DNA from: Ignavibacteria bacterium
Lineage (GTDB): Bacteria > Bacteroidota > Ignavibacteria > Tepidaquicellales > OLB5
Direction: 5' to 3'
DNA: 59,108 bases
NCBI GenBank assembly: GCA_014879675.1
Contig: JACSRQ010000098.1
Coordinates: 1-59,108, forward strand
This document shows, piece by piece, positions 54,449 through 59,108 of this stretch (its first letter is position 1; each line of letters starts with the position of its first letter). The position numbers were made by a program, and so were the translations under genes. The notes beneath the pieces are model-generated. The model searched no databases. It was not told the DNA's origin and was given only the letters and a program-made list of their open reading frames with translations.

Positions 54449-55444
54449 ATGAATTTAATAAAAAAGTTTGAGAATTATTTAGTTGAAAACCTTGATCTCG
54501 CGAAACCCGAGCTCAAGGAAACAAGGCGCGGCTTTGGAGATGCACTTGTCGCACTTGGCAAATCAAATCCTGATGTTGTTGTGCTCGGGGGCGATGTTAG
54601 CGGTTCTGTAAGAACCGATATGTTCCGCGATGCATTCCCCGATAGATTCTTTTCGGTGGGAATTGCAGAGCAGGATATGATGGGAACTGCGGCGGGTCTT
54701 GCGCTTACGGGTAAAATTCCATTTGCTTCAACATATGGTGAGTTTGCGACAGGCAGGCCATTCGATCAGATAAGGCAATCTATCGCGTACAGCGAAATGA
54801 ATGTTAAGATATGCGCTTCTCATTGCGGATTTACAGTCGGACCCGACGGCGCAACACACCAGTCACTTGAAGATGTTGGCATAATGAGGATTCTGCCGCA
54901 TATGAATGTAATTACACCATGCGATTACAACCAAACCTACCGCGCAATTATTGAATGTTCAAAAGTTGATGCACCCTTTTACATAAGGTTCTACAGGGAT
55001 AATTCACCCAATTATACAAATCCCGATGCGCCATTCAAATTCGGAAAAGCTGATACACTTTATGATGGAACGGATTGCACTATCATAGCAAGCGGACTCA
55101 TGGTATGGGAAAGCATGATGGCTCTTGAGCCTCTGGCTAAAGATGGCATTTCTGTAAGACTGATAAATATGCATACCATTAAGCCACTGGATAAAGAAGC
55201 AGTTCTGAAGGCCGCAAAAGATACAGGCTGCATTGTAACTTGTGAAGATCATCAGAAAATTGGCGGATTAGGCGGAGCTGTTGCCGAAGTATTGGCACAG
55301 GAGTATCCGACGCCCGTTGAATTCATTGGTGCAAGTGATACATTTGGTGAATCCGGCAAGGCAACCGAGCTATATGAAAAATACGGCATATCATCACATT
55401 TTATTGCCGAGGCAGTCAAGAGAGCAATCAGCAGGAAAAAATGA
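54449..55444 (+). CDS. Transketolase, C-terminal (pyrimidine-binding) subunit
   Basis: FFSVGIAEQDMMGTAAGLA, THQSLEDVGIMR and the C-terminal domain of split transketolases. Confidence 0.9.
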   Translation: MNLIKKFENYLVENLDLAKPELKETRRGFGDALVALGKSNPDVVVLGGDVSGSVRTDMFRDAFPDRFFSVGIAEQDMMGTAAGLALTGKIPFASTYGEFATGRPFDQIRQSIAYSEMNVKICASHCGFTVGPDGATHQSLEDVGIMRILPHMNVITPCDYNQTYRAIIECSKVDAPFYIRFYRDNSPNYTNPDAPFKFGKADTLYDGTDCTIIASGLMVWESMMALEPLAKDGISVRLINMHTIKPLDKEAVLKAAKDTGCIVTCEDHQKIGGLGGAVAEVLAQEYPTPVEFIGASDTFGESGKATELYEKYGISSHFIAEAVKRAISRKK

Positions 55445-55630
55445 TTTATAGATTTGTATGATTTACAGCTTTTTGCATCAGGAAGTAAAGAAATTAGTTT
55501 AAAGCAAAACCGTCTAAGGGTACAATTCCATGTAATTTTAGCTAATTACACAGAACATAAAAATTTTAACGAATTTTTATTCCTCTTAAACGGTTTTACT
55601 CATTATATAGGAATTAATTCAATCAAAACT

Positions 55631-56788
55631 ATGAGATCTGCAAAATATTTACTTGCTGCCGCAGCTTTTGTTGCGGTACTGGCTTCCGGATTTGTATTCG
55701 GGCATTACATTTTCAAAAATGAATCAAATGAGCTTAAAGCCGGTGAAACATTGAGCCGTGAACGGGTGATTCAGAATGTGACGGACTCGCGCGAAAATGC
55801 TATTACACGAACAGTGAGCGATGTATCGAAAGCAGTAGTCGGTATTAGCGTGACCGAAGTAAGGGAATACCGCGATCCGTTCGGCGACGATCCGTTCTTC
55901 AGGCAATTCTTTGGCGATAGGTCATATAAACAGGAAGTACAGGGACTCGGCTCCGGTGTAATTATTTCTGAAGATGGCTACATTCTGACCAATGACCATG
56001 TTGTTGGCAATGCGACAAAAGTAGTGGTATCAATGACAAACGGCGATCATGTGGATGCAGAGATAGTTGGTAAAGATTCATACAGCGATATTGCACTGCT
56101 GAAAATTAATCGCTCCGGACTGCCGTTTGTGAAGATTGGCAATTCCGACGATGTAATTATTGGTGAGTGGGTGGTCGCGCTCGGAAATCCGTTCGGACTC
56201 TTTGAAGTGAACCAGAAACCAACCGTAACAGTAGGCGTGGTGAGCGCAATGGGGATGAAGCTGAACTCAAACGAGAACAGGTATTACCGGAATATGATAC
56301 AGACCGATGCGGCGATAAATTCAGGTAACAGCGGCGGACCGCTGGTAAACAGCATCGGTGAGCTTATTGGAATGAATACACTTATCTACACCGGCAATTC
56401 TATGGCGGGCGGCAATATCGGTCTTGGATTTGCTATCCCGATAAATAAAGTAAAGGCAATTGCAGACCGGCTCAAAAAAGACGGCAAGATAGAAAGAAAT
56501 TATGATATCGGCCTTCGCGTTCAGACGGTTGATAAAAACATTGCGCAGTATTTCAAGCTTAATAATGTTCAGGGAGTGATAATTGTAAATATTGAAAAAG
56601 GCAGCCAGTCTGATAAAGAAGGTTTGAGGCCGGAAGATATAATTCTTTCAATTAACGGTGAAAAGATAGGTAACGATTCAGATTTCTGGGGTATAATCAT
56701 GGATATGAATCTTGGCGATAAGATCAAACTGAAGATACTCCGCGCCGGCGAAGAATCAGAAAGAGAACTCGAGTTGAAAGTGAAATAG
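55631..56788 (+). CDS. htrA: HtrA/DegP-family serine protease with one PDZ domain
   Basis: Catalytic triad context (TNDHVV, DIALLKI, GNSGGPLVN) and a C-terminal PDZ. ATG 55631 (signal-anchor MRSAKYLLAAAAFVAVLA) is preferred over TTG 55454. Confidence 0.85.
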   Translation: MRSAKYLLAAAAFVAVLASGFVFGHYIFKNESNELKAGETLSRERVIQNVTDSRENAITRTVSDVSKAVVGISVTEVREYRDPFGDDPFFRQFFGDRSYKQEVQGLGSGVIISEDGYILTNDHVVGNATKVVVSMTNGDHVDAEIVGKDSYSDIALLKINRSGLPFVKIGNSDDVIIGEWVVALGNPFGLFEVNQKPTVTVGVVSAMGMKLNSNENRYYRNMIQTDAAINSGNSGGPLVNSIGELIGMNTLIYTGNSMAGGNIGLGFAIPINKVKAIADRLKKDGKIERNYDIGLRVQTVDKNIAQYFKLNNVQGVIIVNIEKGSQSDKEGLRPEDIILSINGEKIGNDSDFWGIIMDMNLGDKIKLKILRAGEESERELELKVK

Positions 56789-56892
56789 GGAGGTACACTC
56801 ATCCGATGACTGGCTATCCCATAACCCAGGCTCTACGAAGAACAAGTCATCGGATGAGTTTAGGTTATGCAAGCGGATGAGTTCACCCCATA

Positions 56893-56920
56893 AAAAAAGA
56901 GACCCTTAGGTCTCTTTTTT
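56893..56920. terminator. Bidirectional rho-independent terminator between convergent genes
   Basis: aaaaaagagacc-ctta-ggtctctttttt. It is preceded by a 15-bp long-range inverted repeat actcatccgatgact (56797-811) / agtcatcggatgagt (56845-859). Confidence 0.85.
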
Positions 56921-56938
56921 ATACTTCCAAAAATTGAT

Positions 56939-57682
56939 TTACTTCGTCAATATCATTTTTTTCACTTCTGAATACTTCTCTGTTTCCAGCTTATAAAAAT
57001 ATATACCGCTTGTTAGATTTGTGTACTTTGAAGCATCAAATGTAACCGTATAAACACCCTTTGATTGCGATGCATCAACAAGTGTGGCAATTTCTTTTCC
57101 GATAAGATCAAATACCTTCAGCTTAACGGTCGAAGCGTCAAACAGCTCGTATGAAATGTTTGTGGTTGGATTGAACGGATTCGGTGTATTCTGTTCGATC
57201 TTAAAATTCTTTATTCCCGTAATACCGATCTTTAATTCATCTGCTTCAAATATCTGCTGGTTGTTCGAATTGTAACCCCTCAGCTTATAGAAATAAACGC
57301 CGTCCCTTTCAGGCTCATCCTCAAAATCATACATGTAAACGGTCTTACTCTCTGCGGTTACTGATTTCTCCAGGAAATCATCCTTCTTAATGCGCTCCTC
57401 ATTCAGTTTTTTGTAATCTTTTTTCTTCGGATCAAGCCTCAATACATCAAAATATGAAATGTTAACCGGATTCAGAAGCCTCCAGTTAATATAAACAGTC
57501 TTATCCTTTATCTTAGCTGAAAATACAGTTAGGGCATCAACGGAATCAGCGGGAGTTTCATCACCATCATATGCAGCCGTCACCCCGGGGTCTGAAATGT
57601 TCTCTGCCAGGTCACCGGCGGATGCCGTGAAATTAAAAGCCAGTAATATTAAGAGGGAAAGAAATAGTAAATTTTTACTCAT
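56939..57682 (-). CDS. Secreted hypothetical protein with a T9SS C-terminal sorting domain
   Basis: Signal peptide. C-terminal [15 protein letters not shown]...GIYFYKLE...KKMILTK. Its ATG overlaps the nuoI stop (ATGA). Confidence 0.8.
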   Translation of the reverse strand: MSKNLLFLSLLILLAFNFTASAGDLAENISDPGVTAAYDGDETPADSVDALTVFSAKIKDKTVYINWRLLNPVNISYFDVLRLDPKKKDYKKLNEERIKKDDFLEKSVTAESKTVYMYDFEDEPERDGVYFYKLRGYNSNNQQIFEADELKIGITGIKNFKIEQNTPNPFNPTTNISYELFDASTVKLKVFDLIGKEIATLVDASQSKGVYTVTFDASKYTNLTSGIYFYKLETEKYSEVKKMILTK

Positions 57683-58182
57683 ACATTTTCATGCAAAAAT
57701 TCAAGACGTCTTTTGAGCCTTCTTTCGCTCATGAAAAGCTTTTCTTTACCGAAAATAGCCTCGTCTTGTGATGTAAAAGTGAGAATGTATTCATCACTCA
57801 TTACAATTGCCTCTTCAGGGCAAACTTCCTCGCAGAATCCGCAAAATATGCATCTAAGCATATTGATCTCGAACTTCTCGGGGAAACGCTCTTTTTCAAG
57901 CGTGGGTACTTCGTTTGCCTGCACTTCAATAGCGAGCGCCGGGCATACTCTGGAACATAAACCGCATGCAACGCATCTTTCAACGCCGTTATCTGCCATC
58001 ACTAATACCGGCCTTCCGCGGAACGCGGTTGGCGGTGTCCATTTTTCTTCGGGATACTGTCTCGTAACCTTAGGCTTAAACATCTGTTTAAAGGTAAGCC
58101 ACAAACCGCCAACTATCTGGGGGATGTAGGTCTTTTCCAGCATTGTTAGATCTTTACTTCGTACTTGTTCTATTTCTGCCAT
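57679..58182 (-). CDS. nuoI: NADH-quinone oxidoreductase subunit I (2x[4Fe-4S] ferredoxin-type)
   Basis: Two CxxCxxCxxxCP motifs ([24 protein letters not shown]) and the NuoI-type N-terminus (QYPEEK...FRGR). Confidence 0.9.
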   Translation of the reverse strand: MAEIEQVRSKDLTMLEKTYIPQIVGGLWLTFKQMFKPKVTRQYPEEKWTPPTAFRGRPVLVMADNGVERCVACGLCSRVCPALAIEVQANEVPTLEKERFPEKFEINMLRCIFCGFCEEVCPEEAIVMSDEYILTFTSQDEAIFGKEKLFMSERRLKRRLEFLHENV

Positions 58183-58190
58183 AATTTTCT

Positions 58191-58210
58191 ATTCCCGCGA
58201 AGGCGGGAAT
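58191..58210. repeat. REP-like hairpin immediately upstream of nuoI
   Basis: attcccgc-gaag-gcgggaat. Confidence 0.75.
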
Positions 58211-58307
58211 TCATTTTTAGTATTATCTTACTTGTTTAACAATATAACTGTGTTTCCGTTCCCTGAAAAATAAATCAGCGAAATCTTTAAATCTGATTAA
58301 TCTGCGG

Positions 58308-59051
58308 TTATTTTACCAGTACCATTTTTTTCACGTCAACATAATCACCTGATCTCAGGCTATAATAATACATACCCGATGAAAGTCCCTTTGCATCAAA
58401 ATCAGTTTCATACTCGCCTGCGGTAAGCGGTCCATTAACCAAAACTTTTACTTCTCTGCCCAGCATATCATAAACCCTGAGTGAAACATAGTCGCTCTTG
58501 GGGATCGAGAAATTAATCTTTGTTGTCGGGTTAAACGGATTAGGATAGTTCTGTGAAAGCTTGAATTCTTTTACTATAGAGCTTATCTGCTGGATGCCTA
58601 TGAAACCGGAAGTTGCCGCGCCAAATGACTGCTCTATGAATTGCGAAGGATTAGAAACCAGCTCAGCCCTGATAGTTATTGAGCCTGCACCCGGTACATA
58701 AACATACGGCGGAACTGCGTAGCAGTAAAAATGAAATGACAGAGTATCATCACTCGTTGCTGTGCCATATGGAGCTGTCACGGAATCAGTGGTGTTTGAA
58801 AAACAATTCTGGTAGTTGCACATTGCTGTTCCGAGCGTATCCCAGCCGGTAGAAAGATTTTCTATTGTTCTGATGATCCTGATATTCAATGTTCCCGAAG
58901 GTACCTGCAATAATCCGTATGATACTATTTCAGAATCAGTGGTATCATTTGAAACTACGATAGCAGGAGATGTTCTTGTGAATGTAAATCCCTGTGAGAA
59001 TACCGGTAATGAACCGCAAAGAAATACTAATGCAACTATTAATGTTTTCAT
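58308..59051 (-). CDS. Secreted hypothetical protein with a T9SS C-terminal sorting domain
   Basis: Signal peptide. C-terminal [15 protein letters not shown]...GMYYYSL...KKMVLVK. Confidence 0.8.
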   Translation of the reverse strand: MKTLIVALVFLCGSLPVFSQGFTFTRTSPAIVVSNDTTDSEIVSYGLLQVPSGTLNIRIIRTIENLSTGWDTLGTAMCNYQNCFSNTTDSVTAPYGTATSDDTLSFHFYCYAVPPYVYVPGAGSITIRAELVSNPSQFIEQSFGAATSGFIGIQQISSIVKEFKLSQNYPNPFNPTTKINFSIPKSDYVSLRVYDMLGREVKVLVNGPLTAGEYETDFDAKGLSSGMYYYSLRSGDYVDVKKMVLVK

Positions 59052-59108
59052 GTATGTAGATATATTTTTAACAAATTTATATGAATTCTAATCCAAAATC
59101 AACTTAAA

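Noticed and set aside
1-59108. Prophage, defence island, CRISPR-Cas, toxin-antitoxin, retron, DGR or a secondary-metabolite cluster somewhere in the window.
   Set aside because: No integrase, transposase, reverse transcriptase, nuclease/helicase defence-type gene, cas gene, or PKS/NRPS/RiPP hallmark was recognised in any frame. The unannotated space is fully accounted for by REP-like hairpins, word repeats, promoters and terminators.

Overview
This is a 59.1 kb chromosomal window from an FCB-superphylum bacterium, probably Ignavibacteria or Bacteroidota-like. The evidence is seven ORFs ending in the '(N/Q)NYPNPFNP...' T9SS type-A sorting tail and several Bacteroidetes-type TTG / TAnnTTTG promoter boxes. 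All calls come from reading the sequence and recalling motifs; no searches were run.

Coding density is high, with about 58 credible CDS and 2 tRNAs.

- **Housekeeping blocks:** thrS-infC(ATT start)-rpmI-rplT-pheS-plsY; a split transketolase interrupted by a PrcB-like lipoprotein gene and followed by an HtrA protease; purB; and an isolated nuoA-nuoB pair plus a separate nuoI.
- **Accessory content:**
  - An egtD/egtB ergothioneine pair sits head-to-head with a CBS-less betaine-type ABC transporter.
  - A class III adenylate cyclase-TolB-like-TPR gene is bracketed by two ~0.75 kb direct copies of an ordered multi-hairpin composite repeat. The composite contains a 159-nt indel-free conserved module and a 36-bp tandem array.
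  - A six-gene envelope module (lipoprotein, BNR propeller, three beta-barrels) is fused to a surface-polymer locus: FemAB-like, polytopic membrane protein, AsnB-like amidotransferase, glycosyltransferase-like and Wzx-like. This locus has no OPX/PCP export genes.
  - T9SS cargo genes are numerous.
- **Intergenic DNA:** it is saturated with REP-like GC-rich hairpins, some nested inside other hairpins, and with 7-9 bp 'word' microsatellites.
- **Not found:** CRISPR array, transposase, integrase, rRNA or a recognisable defence system.

The candidates I consider most worth follow-up are the egt-transporter linkage, the repeat-bracketed cyclase cassette with its conserved 159-nt module, and the beta-barrel/EPS locus.
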